Made by a program: the position numbers and the translations under genes | NCBI GenBank assembly: GCA_963806225.1 | Contig: CAWDXG010000004.1 | Span: 832,001 to 896,000 of the forward strand | Length of the DNA stretch: 64,000 nt | Origin: an uncultured delta proteobacterium | GTDB lineage: Bacteria; Myxococcota_A; Polyangia; Polyangiales; Polyangiaceae | Direction of reading: 5' to 3' | The notes under the pieces: model-generated | What the model was told of the DNA's origin: nothing | Databases searched by the model: none | What the model saw: only the letters and a program-made list of their open reading frames with translations | Part shown: piece by piece, positions 18,735-28,900 of the stretch | How the letters are laid out: each line of letters starts with the position of its first letter | How positions within the stretch are numbered: position 1 is the stretch's first letter

Positions 18735-19625
18735 ATGAGTGCTGCTCGCATCTCTCGTCTTCTGCTTGCCCTGTGCGCGGCAAGCACGCCCGCGCTCGCG
18801 CAGACGCCCGCCGGCGCACCGGCGGCTCCGGGCACCGCGCCGTCTGCGCCGCCGCCGACAACGTATCCTCCGGCGTCGCCACAGGGCAACGCGCCGGGCT
18901 ACGCGCCGGGCTACGCGCCGGGCTACGCGCCGCCCGCCTATCCGCCTCGGCCTCCCGCACCGCCGCCTCCCCCGCCACCCAGCCCAGCTCACGAGCGGAA
19001 GATCGCCAACGCGCACGCCGATCGGGTGCTGCTCGCGCCAACGGCGTACACGCACCCCGGCGGCAGCTTCTACGCCACCAGCTACGACATCGCGCTCCTG
19101 CAGATAGGCTACGCGCTCAACGACAGCACGCAGATCTCCGTCACCGGCACGCCGCCGGTGGAAGGCGTGCTGCCGCTCGACCTCAGCTTGAAGACGCGCG
19201 TGCTCGACGAGAGGCGCGTGCGCATCGCGCTCATCGCCTCCGCCACCGGCATCGTCGGGCTCAACCAGGGCGACTTCTTCCTCGGCCGCGGTGGCGGCGT
19301 CGTGCAGCTCTGCTTCGACGACGCTTGCAAGGGCAGCTTCTCGATTGGCTCCACGCTGCTGCTCGCCGGACCGGCTTCGCTCATGGCGAGCGGAGCCGGC
19401 GCGATCGTTCCGGTCGCCCACTGGCTGCACCTGCTCTTCGAAGCCGACACGCTTCTGCCGATCGGGCGCGAGGCGGGCCCGTACAACGGCGCTACGCTGG
19501 GCGCCGGAGCGCGCTTCCCGTTCAGGAGCTGGGCGATCGACATCGGCGCGGTGCGCGCCCTCGGCACCACCAGCTCCAGCGCCACCATGCCGCTGCTCGC
19601 CATCACCTACCGCCACGTGCCGTAG
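18735..19625 (+). CDS. Secreted hypothetical protein, probable beta-barrel
   Basis: Signal peptide, Pro-rich linker, beta-strand pattern. Confidence 0.65.
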   Translation: MSAARISRLLLALCAASTPALAQTPAGAPAAPGTAPSAPPPTTYPPASPQGNAPGYAPGYAPGYAPPAYPPRPPAPPPPPPPSPAHERKIANAHADRVLLAPTAYTHPGGSFYATSYDIALLQIGYALNDSTQISVTGTPPVEGVLPLDLSLKTRVLDERRVRIALIASATGIVGLNQGDFFLGRGGGVVQLCFDDACKGSFSIGSTLLLAGPASLMASGAGAIVPVAHWLHLLFEADTLLPIGREAGPYNGATLGAGARFPFRSWAIDIGAVRALGTTSSSATMPLLAITYRHVP

Positions 19626-19654
19626 CCGGCACGATTCCCCGCCCCGGGGCAGGT

Positions 19655-20677
19655 CTAGAAGCGCCCGGTGAGACCGAGCGCGAATCCACCGCCGGCGAGG
19701 GGGCCGCCAGCGGGCGCGAAAGTCGGCGTTTTCGCGACCGATTCGAGGTCTTTCGGCAGCTTGCGCTTGCGCACGCCGTCACGGAACTCGGGCTTGTACG
19801 CGATCTGGGCCTGCACGATGCCGAGCACCGCCACGCCGACGAAGCCCCAGCCCGTTGCCTCGAGCACCTTGTACGCGGTCCTGCTGTTCCGTCTGAGCGC
19901 GGCGGCCTTGCCGGGATCGAAGCCCTGGTTCGCGTAGCTCGACTCCAGCACCATCATCGCGAACGCCGTGCCGCCGAGCAGCGTCTCGCTGGTCAGGAAC
20001 GTCCACCCCAACGCCGGCTGGCGATTCTGGAACTGGCCCACCCCGAACGGGATCGCAGCGAGCCAGCGCGAGTTCTTCGTAACAATCGTCTCCTCCGAGG
20101 CGAGCTTCTTCAGCCGCGCGATGCGTTCGTGCCGCTGCTTCTCCTTGTGCTCCGCCTTCTGCGCCTGCGCCTGCGCCAGCTTGATGCGCTTCTGCTCCTG
20201 CTCGTGGATGTACGCGAGCATGCTCTGGCGCACCTGCAGGAAGTGATCGACGACCACCTGGGGGAAGATCGTGCCGTTGGGAGGCTTCATCTGCGGGTTG
20301 TCGCGGATGGCGTCGCGGAGCGGCTGGTCGGCCTTGCCCGGATGCCCGCTGCCGATCAGGCAGGCCGCGTAGTACACGCGCGCGGTCTGGATGATGTGCA
20401 CATCGCGAAGCGCGCGCCCGCTCTTCGAGTCCAGCAGCTCGGCGAAGTCGCTGGCGCACTTTCTGTACTGTCCGGACTCGTACAGGTTCACGCCGCGCGC
20501 CAGCTCGGCATCGTCACCGAGATGTTCCGGCGCGGCGGGCGGCTGATCCGCGGGCGGCTGCCCCGCGGGCGCATCGCCCTGCCCCGGCCCTTTCGGCTGG
20601 GCACGCGCGCCTCTCGCGGAGCCGAGGGCTGCCGCGCACACGAGGGCTGCAGGAATACAGAGTCGAATCGAGCTCAT
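19655..20677 (-). CDS. TPR-like secreted/outer-membrane protein
   Basis: Signal peptide, helical repeat, PFGVGQFQN, C-terminal GRF. Confidence 0.65.
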   Translation of the reverse strand: MSSIRLCIPAALVCAAALGSARGARAQPKGPGQGDAPAGQPPADQPPAAPEHLGDDAELARGVNLYESGQYRKCASDFAELLDSKSGRALRDVHIIQTARVYYAACLIGSGHPGKADQPLRDAIRDNPQMKPPNGTIFPQVVVDHFLQVRQSMLAYIHEQEQKRIKLAQAQAQKAEHKEKQRHERIARLKKLASEETIVTKNSRWLAAIPFGVGQFQNRQPALGWTFLTSETLLGGTAFAMMVLESSYANQGFDPGKAAALRRNSRTAYKVLEATGWGFVGVAVLGIVQAQIAYKPEFRDGVRKRKLPKDLESVAKTPTFAPAGGPLAGGGFALGLTGRF

Positions 20678-20710
20678 CCGGACCACTGACCCAGGCGCGC
20701 AGAACGGCGC

Positions 20711-22574
20711 CTAGGGCCAGGAGATGGGGAAGGTTCGACCGGGCGCCAGGTGCACGTCAATTGGTTTGGGCTCGTCCGTGCTGCCTGGCGGCGGAAACTT
20801 GGTGCAGGTGGCCGACAGACGCGGCCCGTTCATCGGTGATCGTGCGGGATCCGGGCGCGGTCAGCTTGCCAGGGAAAAGCTCACCACACGTCAGCACCAT
20901 GCCGGCCGGACCGGTGGCCTGGAGCGTGGCGTCCTTGAACGGGATCTCGCCGTACTCGGTCTGTTGCTTGTCCGCGACGACCGTGAAGAACTTCGGCTTC
21001 GGCGTCTCGCAGCAGTCGGCGTTCGGGGGCACGAAGTCCAGCCGGTGCTTGCCGGCCGCGAGCGAGTACATCTTGCCGAACGGGCTCTCCGCCGGTCCGT
21101 TGTCGATCCGCACCGTGCCGCCCGTCGCACCCCGGATGACGACCCGCACCTGGCCCGTCCCCTTCGTGGCGGTGGGCGCCGTGGGTACGTGCAGCACCGT
21201 CCGCGCCGGATGCGGCGAGCGCGGGTGCGGCGCCGACGCGCTGGTTCCCGGCTTGGCGATGTCGGCCTTGATGCGCGGCAGACTGTCGAGCGGGTGATAT
21301 TCCTTTTTCGCCGCGCCGCCCCGACCGTGGGCGCCGTCGAGCCCGGGGCTGCCCTGCGCCGGCTTGCTGCGCGCCGCGCGCACCACGCCGTAGGCGACGC
21401 CACCCAGAAGCGCGCTGCCACCGACGATCACCGCGACGCGCGCCGCCACGCGCTTGAGCCGCTCCGCACGCGCCAGCCCCGCCACCTGCCGGAGCAGATC
21501 CGCATCGTCGGGGCGGAACGCCAGGGCGCGGTTGTAGGCCGCCGCGGCGTCCGTCACCTCGCGCTGCGAGCGCGCGCGGCGTCCGAGGTCCACGAGCCGC
21601 GCCATGATACGCGGTTCGTACTCCTTGCGATACGCCTCGGGATCCTCGAGATACTCCGCGAGCTCGCGCCGCGGGTCGTCGAAGCCGAGCCGCGTAAGCT
21701 CCGAGCGCAGCGCCTCGGACATCGCGGCCGCCGACTCGTAGCGCTGCTCCTGATCGCGGGCGAGCGCCTTGTGCACGATGCGCGCGAAGCGCGCGCCCAC
21801 CGTGGGCCGGGCGCGATCGGCCGGCGTGAAGATGCCGTCGAGCACGCGCCTGAGCACCTGCGCCGGATTGCGCCCGTCGAACGGCAATTTTCCGACCAGA
21901 CACTCGTAGAACAGCACACCGAGCCCGAACACGTCGGCGCGCGCGTCCACCTCGCCGCCCTCGATCTGCTCGGGCGCCATATGCGCCGGCGAGCCCAGCA
22001 CCTGCCCCGTGGACGTAACGCCCTGCGCGTCCAGCAGCTTCGCGATGCCGAAATCGGTGATCTTGATCCGCGTCACACCGCCCTCGGTACTCCGCTCGCT
22101 CGAACGCCGCGTGTCGACGCCCTCCTCGGGCAGATCGACCAGCACGTTCTCCGGCTTCACGTCGCGATGCACGACGCCCTGCTGGTGCGCGTGCTCGAGC
22201 GCCGCAGCGATCTCCAGCGCGACCGCGGCGGCGATTTCCGCCGGCATGTGCCCGGTGTTGTTCAGGAGCTTGCGCAGCGTGGTGCCACGCACCAGCTCCA
22301 CGACCAGATAGCGCTCGGGATCGTCCTCGTCCGAGACGTCGTAGACCTCGACGATGTTCGGATGGCGCAGCTTCGCCACCGCGCGCGCCTCGCTCACGAA
22401 CCGCGCCCCGACCTCGACGCTCTCGCGAAGATGCCGGTGGATGACCTTGACCGCTACATCGCGCCCGAGCCGCCGGTCGTGCGCGCGGTACACGGTCGCC
22501 ATGCCGCCGTGACCGACCTCCTCGAGGAGCTCGTACTTGTCGAGCTTCGGCATGAGCTCGGCCGGCAGGCTCAT
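20711..22574 (-). CDS. Membrane Ser/Thr protein kinase (probable frameshift near the C-terminus)
   Basis: GHGGMATV, VAVK, HRDVKPEN, DFG, MAPE; TM segment; tail likely continues in another frame to 20711. Confidence 0.92.
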
Positions 22575-22915
22575 GGCGGAGCCCCCGCGCTATCGCTCCT
22601 GTCGCCGCGCAGCGCTCCGCCGCGAACCTGCTTCGTATGGGCGGCAGGCCCCCTCGTGCAGACGTTCCTTGCGCGATGGAAAACCACTGTGATCAGCCGT
22701 TAGCTCTGCACCCAGTAGCCCTGGGCGGGCGCTCGCAATCCCAAGCTATCAGCTAATAGTAGCCGCTACCCATCGAGCCAGCACCGGCTCGACTCGAGGC
22801 GGACAGCGGATACGGCTATCGCTTATACCGTCCTTCGGGGGCACCCCGGAAGGCCACACAGCAGGCCCACCCTCCACGTCAGCGCAGCCCCCAGCACGGC
22901 CCCGCTGCCCCAAGA

Positions 22916-22953
22916 CGTAGCAAAATGTCACATATATGTGGCATTTTGCTACG
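22916..22953. promoter_or_regulatory. 38-bp AT-rich inverted repeat
   Basis: CGTAGCAAAATGTCACAT-AT-ATGTGGCATTTTGCTACG: 18-bp arms, one mismatch. Confidence 0.7.
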
Positions 22954-23088
22954 GACACAGGCCACTGTCCGGCCGAAATGGCCGCGCAGGTGCAGTGCAG
23001 GGCCGCCTCAGGGCGCCGCGGCGCGGCGGCCGGGGCCCGCCGTGGCTGGCTCGCCGATTCGTGCCCGGTCGGCTACAAAGCGCCGACC

Positions 23089-24345
23089 ATGACCGGATTC
23101 GAACGCGACGCCGCGGGCGCGGCAATGCTGGGCGGAGCGCGGCTCGCCGATCTGCTGGCCGCGGCGAAGACGCCCACGCCAGCCTACGTCTACGACCTCG
23201 ACGCGATGGCGGCCGGCACCCGCGCGCTGGTCGGCGCGTTCGGGGCTGCGCCGAGCGTGGTCGCCTACGCGGTCAAGGCCAACACGGCGGGCTCGGTGGT
23301 GCGGGCGCTGGCGCGGGAGGGCGCGGGCGCCGACGTGGTGTCGGCGGCCGAGCTCGAGGTGGCGCTCGGCTGCGGCGTCGAGCCGGCGCGCATCGTGATG
23401 AGCGGCGTCGCCAAGAGCGACGCGGAGCTGGACCGCGCCATCGCCGCAGGCATCCACGCCATCCAGCTCGAGAGCGTGGAGGAGATCGCGAGGGTCGCCG
23501 CGCGCGCGCGCTCCCAGAGCCAGCGTGCCCGCGTGTCGCTACGCATCAATCCCGGCATCGAGATCGACTCCCACGCGCACGTCGCGACGGGCCACGACGA
23601 AGCCAAATTCGGCATCGTACGCGAGGACCTCGCGCGAGCCTGGGAGCTCATCGACCGCGAGCCGGACGCACTGTCGGCGGTCGGCGTCTCCACGCACGTG
23701 GGCTCGATGCTGGAAACGCCGGCGCCGTACCTGGAGTCGGCCCAGGTCGTGTGCGACGCGGCTCGCGCGCGCCTGGGTACGGGGCATGCGCTCGAGTTCG
23801 TCGACTTCGGGGGCGGTTTCGCCATCGACTACGGACAGGGGCCGGTGCAGCCGCCGTCGGACTTCGCGCGCGCCGCGCTCGAGCTGCTCGCGCGTGAGGG
23901 GCTCGACAAGCTCGAGCTCATCGTGGAACCGGGCCGCGCGCTGGTCGCGCCGCACGGCGTGCTGGTCGCGCGCGTACTCCAGGGCAAGCACAGCGGCGAG
24001 CGGCGCTGGGTGATGCTCGACGCCGGCATGAACGACCTGATCCGCCCGGCGCTGTACCAGGCCGTGCACCGCATCGAGCCGCTGGAACGCCCGCCCGGCG
24101 GAACCGCGTGGCGGGTGGTGGGACCGGTCTGCGAGAGCGCGGACGACTTCGGCGCACACGCACTGGGCGATCCGCTGCCAGAGGCCGTCGTGATCCGCGA
24201 CGCGGGCGCGTACGGCTTCGTGATGGCGAGCGAGTACAACGGCCGCGCCCTGCCCGCCGAGCTGTTCGTGAGCGGCGGCAAGGTCGTCAAGGTGAGCCCG
24301 AGCGCAGGCGCTCGCGACTGGGTCGAGCGACGCCTGCGGGCGTGA
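23089..24345 (+). CDS. lysA: Diaminopimelate decarboxylase
   Basis: YAVKAN, ATG...KFG, HVGS, DFGGGF, EPGR, GPVCESAD, GAYG..MASEYN. Confidence 0.93.
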   Translation: MTGFERDAAGAAMLGGARLADLLAAAKTPTPAYVYDLDAMAAGTRALVGAFGAAPSVVAYAVKANTAGSVVRALAREGAGADVVSAAELEVALGCGVEPARIVMSGVAKSDAELDRAIAAGIHAIQLESVEEIARVAARARSQSQRARVSLRINPGIEIDSHAHVATGHDEAKFGIVREDLARAWELIDREPDALSAVGVSTHVGSMLETPAPYLESAQVVCDAARARLGTGHALEFVDFGGGFAIDYGQGPVQPPSDFARAALELLAREGLDKLELIVEPGRALVAPHGVLVARVLQGKHSGERRWVMLDAGMNDLIRPALYQAVHRIEPLERPPGGTAWRVVGPVCESADDFGAHALGDPLPEAVVIRDAGAYGFVMASEYNGRALPAELFVSGGKVVKVSPSAGARDWVERRLRA

Positions 24346-24366
24346 GCCCGGGCGCCACGCCGGCTG

Positions 24367-26562
24367 TCAGTTGTCCGAGCCGCTGCGTGTCTTGGGCGCA
24401 GCTGTGGAGCCCGTACGCCGGGCGCGCCGGCGCGTGCCGCTCGGCTTGCGTGAACCGTTCGAGCCCACGGCCTCGGTCTTCGTGCTGGAGCTGCGGCGCG
24501 GTGGGGGTGCCATCGAATCCAGTACGGTGCACCTCGCCTTCGACCAGGACCTCCACACCGAGCGCGCGACAGCGACGCGCCAGCTTGTCCGCGTCGACGC
24601 CCGGCGCGAGCAGCAGCCCCGCAGGCGGGAGACGGATCCACGAACAGATCGGCGGTCTGCCGCCGCGTGCGGAGCATCTCGCGCACTTCCGGATCTTCCA
24701 CCCAGAGAAAGCCCTGCGTCTGCACCAGCTCGCCGCGTCCGATCACGGCGCTCGCCTGCACCAGCAGCCGCTCGATGGGATCGGGCAGTGGCGCGATGAC
24801 TTCCAGCCGCGTCTTGATGAGCTCCGGCTCGAGCCCCGCGCTGAGCGCGAGCGACAGGGTCTGCTGCGTGATCGATACGTCGAACTGGCCCGTGACCTGC
24901 CCGATCTCCACGAGCGGAGCGAGCGCGGCGATGTTGCCGACGCGCTCCTGGGACCCGATCCGCAGCGCCTGGTTGTCGACGAAACGGCTGGCGTCCGTCT
25001 GGAGGCTCGGCTGCGTGTCGGCCAGGAACGCGCGCCCGCGCGGAGTGATGCGCAGGGTCGTGCCCGGCTCCCCGGAGTCCGGATCGCCGAGATCCACGAC
25101 GCCGAGTACGTGCAGGCTCTCGAGCGCGACGCGCCGTGCGACCTCGGCGGGTGTCATCGGCTTCGACCCCGGCCCGCGCCGCCCAGCGCTCCAGCAGGCG
25201 TGCGAGACCCGGCGTGCGGCTGTCGGCGCGCACGTAGGCGGCCACCGCTTCCCACGGCGCCCAGTTGCCGTCGCCGAGCTCGCGCAGTGCGTCGAGCACC
25301 ATCTCGCGGACCACGCCGACCGCGCTGGCTTCGCGCGCTTCACCGGTCGCGCGCAGCACCTCGCCGTCGGGGCGGGCTTCATCCCACGCGCCGCCGCGAC
25401 GCCAGGCATTGAACAAGAGCGTGCCGAGCTCCTGGACGCGGTAGGAGCCGGGCGGCGACGTGACGCCCATCACCGAGGGATCCCACAGGCCGATCGCGCG
25501 GCTGAGAGCCGCCAGAAGGGCGACTGCCTCCTGATCGCGACCGAACCGCGAGGAGAAGCGCGCCAGCAGCGAGCGCGGGGTGCCCACGCCAGGCCGGATC
25601 TCCACCGACGGGATCGCGAACGGCCAGAGCCATGGCCAGCGCTAGCGGAACCGGATCCTCTGCGAAGCGGGCGCGCCGCGGATCGTGATCCTCGTCGAGC
25701 ACGTAGCTCTGGATCTCCCGGCGCTGGGCGTCGCGCTCGGCGCGGCGCCCGTGCGCCGACCACCGAGCGCGACCTCGGACGGGATCAGGTGCCGGTTCGG
25801 GATGCACCGGGATCAGGAAGCCGCGCCGTTCCAGAGCGAACCCGACCCCGCGCCGCGAGGGCGTGACACCGGTGGCGCCGCGCAGGCGCATCGGCTCGCG
25901 CTCCAGGTCCAGAAGCTCCTCGGTATCCACCTCGCCGCCGACCTTCTCGACCGCGCGCAGCAGCTTGCGCTCGAGCGGCGCGAGCGATTCCACTTCCTTC
26001 TTGAGCGCCGCGGGATCGCTGAGCACCTCCCACGCCGGCTCCATCGATAGCGCCAACGGCGGCGTCGCGGGGCGCCCCAGGTAGTGCGACGCGATGCTGC
26101 TGGCCACCTCCGGGCTCGACTGGGCGAGGAGCGCGCGCAGGCCGCGCGGATCCTCGCCTTCCCAGGTGCGCATCTGGCACATGTAGGCGATGGGAAGCAG
26201 CAGCTCGACGGCGTTCTTGGTCCCGCGCGCGAAGACAATGCCGCGCTGGCCACGAGCGGCTCGACGGGGGCCGGCAGGGCCTCCACGAGCAGCGAGCCCC
26301 TGGACTCGGCGATGCGGTAGAGCAGCTCCCGCGTGGGCCCGGGAAGCTGGGACGGGTCCCTCGCCTCGGGCAGCATCAGGAGCGCGCGGGCCACTTGCGA
26401 CGGCACATCGATGCGCTTGGCTTTATCGACGGCGATCCCGAGCCGGGCGACGAGCGAGGCGATTTCCCGTTCGGGCAGCTGACGCAGGATGTCGACGAGC
26501 CGCAGCGCACGCAGGCCCGCCCCGCTGGACGCTGACCTCGGCTCCTGTGAACGACTCGGCAT
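24367..26562 (-). CDS. Large protein with a probable XPB-type helicase-associated domain (multiple frameshifts)
   Basis: Coherent fragments in several frames (LRLVDILRQL; ALERRGFLIP; LRITPRGRAFL; SLALSAGL...LEVIAPLP). Confidence 0.5.
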
Positions 26563-26852
26563 GGTTTCGACCCCGGGGCCTACTCGGCCCAATGCTTCCA
26601 GCAAAGCTCGAATCCGACGCGCTGTCCAGTGGATCGGCGGAGCAGCAACATTGCTAGACTGCGGGCCTTGTCTCCGCCGGAACCCCCACGCAGCGCAGTC
26701 CGCAAAATAATCCATGGGCACACGCGCTGCTCGACGCAAGGCGCTAGCACGACAAAGAACGTGATCTCGATGGCTTATTGTCCGATCCTGGGCACCGCGG
26801 CCGGCGCCGCGGAGAGCTCCTCTCCGGCCTCGCGCCCAGGGCGAGACGACCG

Positions 26853-28148
26853 ATGATTCTGCGCGATCCGGTGCACGGCCTCGTTGCCTTCGAGTCCGAG
26901 GAGGAGCAGATCGTGCCGGCGCTGCTCGAGGCGAAGGAAGTCCAACGACTCCGGCGCATCCGCCAACTCGGCCTCACTTCCCTCGCCTACCCGGGAGCCG
27001 ACCACACGCGCTTTTCGCACGCGATCGGCGCGGCGTTCGTGATGACGCGCTTTGTCGACCGGCTACGCGCGATCCACGGACGTTCTGCCGTTCTGGCAGC
27101 GCGTCACGACCGAGCGCGCTCGCGACGCGCTGGCCGCGGCGCTGTTGCACGACCTCGGGCACGGGCCCTTCTCGCACCTGTTCGAGGAAGCGATGCCCGA
27201 AGGCCCGCCCCACGAGGACTGGACCACGCGCATCGTGATGGATCCGTCGACGGAGGTGAACGGGGTGCTCCGCCGCTTCGACGCCACCCTGCCCGGGCGC
27301 GTCGCCGACCTGGTCCACGGTCGGCACGAGCTCAAGTTCCTGGCGCGCGCGGTGAGCGGCACGTTCGATGTGGATCGTTGCGACTACCTGCTGCGCGACG
27401 CCTACTCCACCGGCGTCGGCTACGGCAGGTTCGATCTGGACTGGCTCTTGCGCAGCCTGCGCTTCGGCGTGGCGGAGTCGCCGGATGTCGCGCCGCCGCT
27501 GGCCATCGACGGCGCCAAGGGGCTGCCGGCCATCGAGTCGTTCATCCTGGCGCGGCTCTTCATGTTCCAGCAGGTCTACTTCCACAAGGCAAGCCGGGCG
27601 AGCGAGTGGATGCTGGGGCGTGTCCTGGGCAGGGTGCGCCAGCTGCTGGTGGACGGGGCGCGGCTGCCGGCCACTCCCGCCGCCGTCGGAGTCGATCGCG
27701 CGCACCGGCGACGCGGAGCTTTCCGACTACCTCGAGCTCGACGACACGCTGCTCTGGCAGGCGCTGGCCGCGTGGCGCAGCGCCAGCGATCCGGTGCTGT
27801 CGGATCTCGTCGACGCGGCTCTACTCGAGGCGCCTGTTCAAGACCTACGAGCTCTACACGACCCAGCTCGCTCCCGAGGCACGGCGCGAAGCACACGAAC
27901 GCGCCCGCGAGGTGGCCGTCGAGCACGGGCTGGATCCGGATGTGTACGTCGGCCTCGACCAGGCCGCGGACGTGCCGTTCGACGACGCCACCGACTCCTT
28001 GTCCGTGATCTTCCCGACGGGCGCGCCGCGCAAGCCGGGGGACGTCTCGTTCCTGCTCGGGCGGCTCAGGGGCGAGCGGATGGAGCGCGTGCGGCTCATC
28101 TTCGCCGCGGAGCTGCGCGAGGACATCGTGAGGGCGGTCGAGGGATGA
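26853..28148 (+). CDS. HD-domain phosphohydrolase, dNTPase/SAMHD1-like (frameshifted)
   Basis: RDPVHG, QRLRRIRQLG, HTRFSH, LLHDLGHGPFSH, DVDRCDYLLRD, QVYFHK. Confidence 0.88.
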   Translation: MILRDPVHGLVAFESEEEQIVPALLEAKEVQRLRRIRQLGLTSLAYPGADHTRFSHAIGAAFVMTRFVDRLRAIHGRSAVLAARHDRARSRRAGRGAVARPRARALLAPVRGSDARRPAPRGLDHAHRDGSVDGGERGAPPLRRHPARARRRPGPRSARAQVPGARGERHVRCGSLRLPAARRLLHRRRLRQVRSGLALAQPALRRGGVAGCRAAAGHRRRQGAAGHRVVHPGAALHVPAGLLPQGKPGERVDAGACPGQGAPAAGGRGAAAGHSRRRRSRSRAPATRSFPTTSSSTTRCSGRRWPRGAAPAIRCCRISSTRLYSRRLFKTYELYTTQLAPEARREAHERAREVAVEHGLDPDVYVGLDQAADVPFDDATDSLSVIFPTGAPRKPGDVSFLLGRLRGERMERVRLIFAAELREDIVRAVEG

Positions 28149-28822
28149 AACCCGCCGGCTGGGGGCTGGTGTGCGCGCTCGCCGCGGTGCTGGCGGGTGT
28201 GCCGGCGCACGCCGCCGATACCTGGGGGCACCAGACGACCTCCAGCGTGGAGCCGGAAGTGAAGCCGGATCGCTATTCGGGCGGCAACGGCGTCTACGGG
28301 CGGTTCAAGGGCGATCTCGAGCTCGGGCTCGGGCTCGGCGCCGAGGTCGACAAGGCCGGCGCGCGCGGCGCGGCGCGGCTCACGCTGCACTACTTCTCGA
28401 TGCTGGGTGTCTACTCGAGCTACCGCGACGGGTTCGGCCAGGGCGGCGACGGCGCCGCGCGGCTGCTGTCGGTCGGGGTCGACCTCCGGCCGGGCTTCGT
28501 GCCGCGCTGGGCCCAGGGCCAGGAGACGGGCCAGGCGCTGCCCGATCTCTTCATCGATTCCGTGTCGCTCGGCCTGGGCGCGTTCTGGGCAGAGCCCCGG
28601 GGCCACGGCTTCGGCGCCGAGCGCGGCTTCGAGACCTCGCTGGGATTCGGAATTCCGCTGATGCTCCGCGCCGACGGCCTGTGGCTCGAAGCGCGCGGCC
28701 AGCTGCGCTGGCCCGAACAGGCCGGCGCACCCGACCACAGCGCCGTGCCGTCGGCCTTCGCGCTGCTCTCGTGGCACGGCTTCGTCGTCACCCCCCTCGC
28801 CGCCTCGCGGCGCGCGCAGTAG
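28145..28822 (+). CDS. Secreted hypothetical protein, probable beta-barrel
   Basis: Signal peptide; ATGA overlap with the HD gene. Confidence 0.6.
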   Translation: MKPAGWGLVCALAAVLAGVPAHAADTWGHQTTSSVEPEVKPDRYSGGNGVYGRFKGDLELGLGLGAEVDKAGARGAARLTLHYFSMLGVYSSYRDGFGQGGDGAARLLSVGVDLRPGFVPRWAQGQETGQALPDLFIDSVSLGLGAFWAEPRGHGFGAERGFETSLGFGIPLMLRADGLWLEARGQLRWPEQAGAPDHSAVPSAFALLSWHGFVVTPLAASRRAQ

Positions 28823-28855
28823 CGCGCCGTCGATGCGCAGTAGCGCGCCGTCGAT
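28814..28855 (+). repeat. Perfect 21-bp tandem duplication spanning a stop codon
   Basis: gcgcagtagcgcgccgtcgat x2. Confidence 0.95.
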
Positions 28856-28900
28856 GCCCAGCCTCGCTGCGACGTCGCAGGGCGGGGCTGGTCGATTGAA

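Noticed and set aside
22700..23088. Lysine or cyclic-dinucleotide riboswitch upstream of lysA
   Set aside because: I could not align the conserved core motifs; it is kept only as an unassigned structured region.
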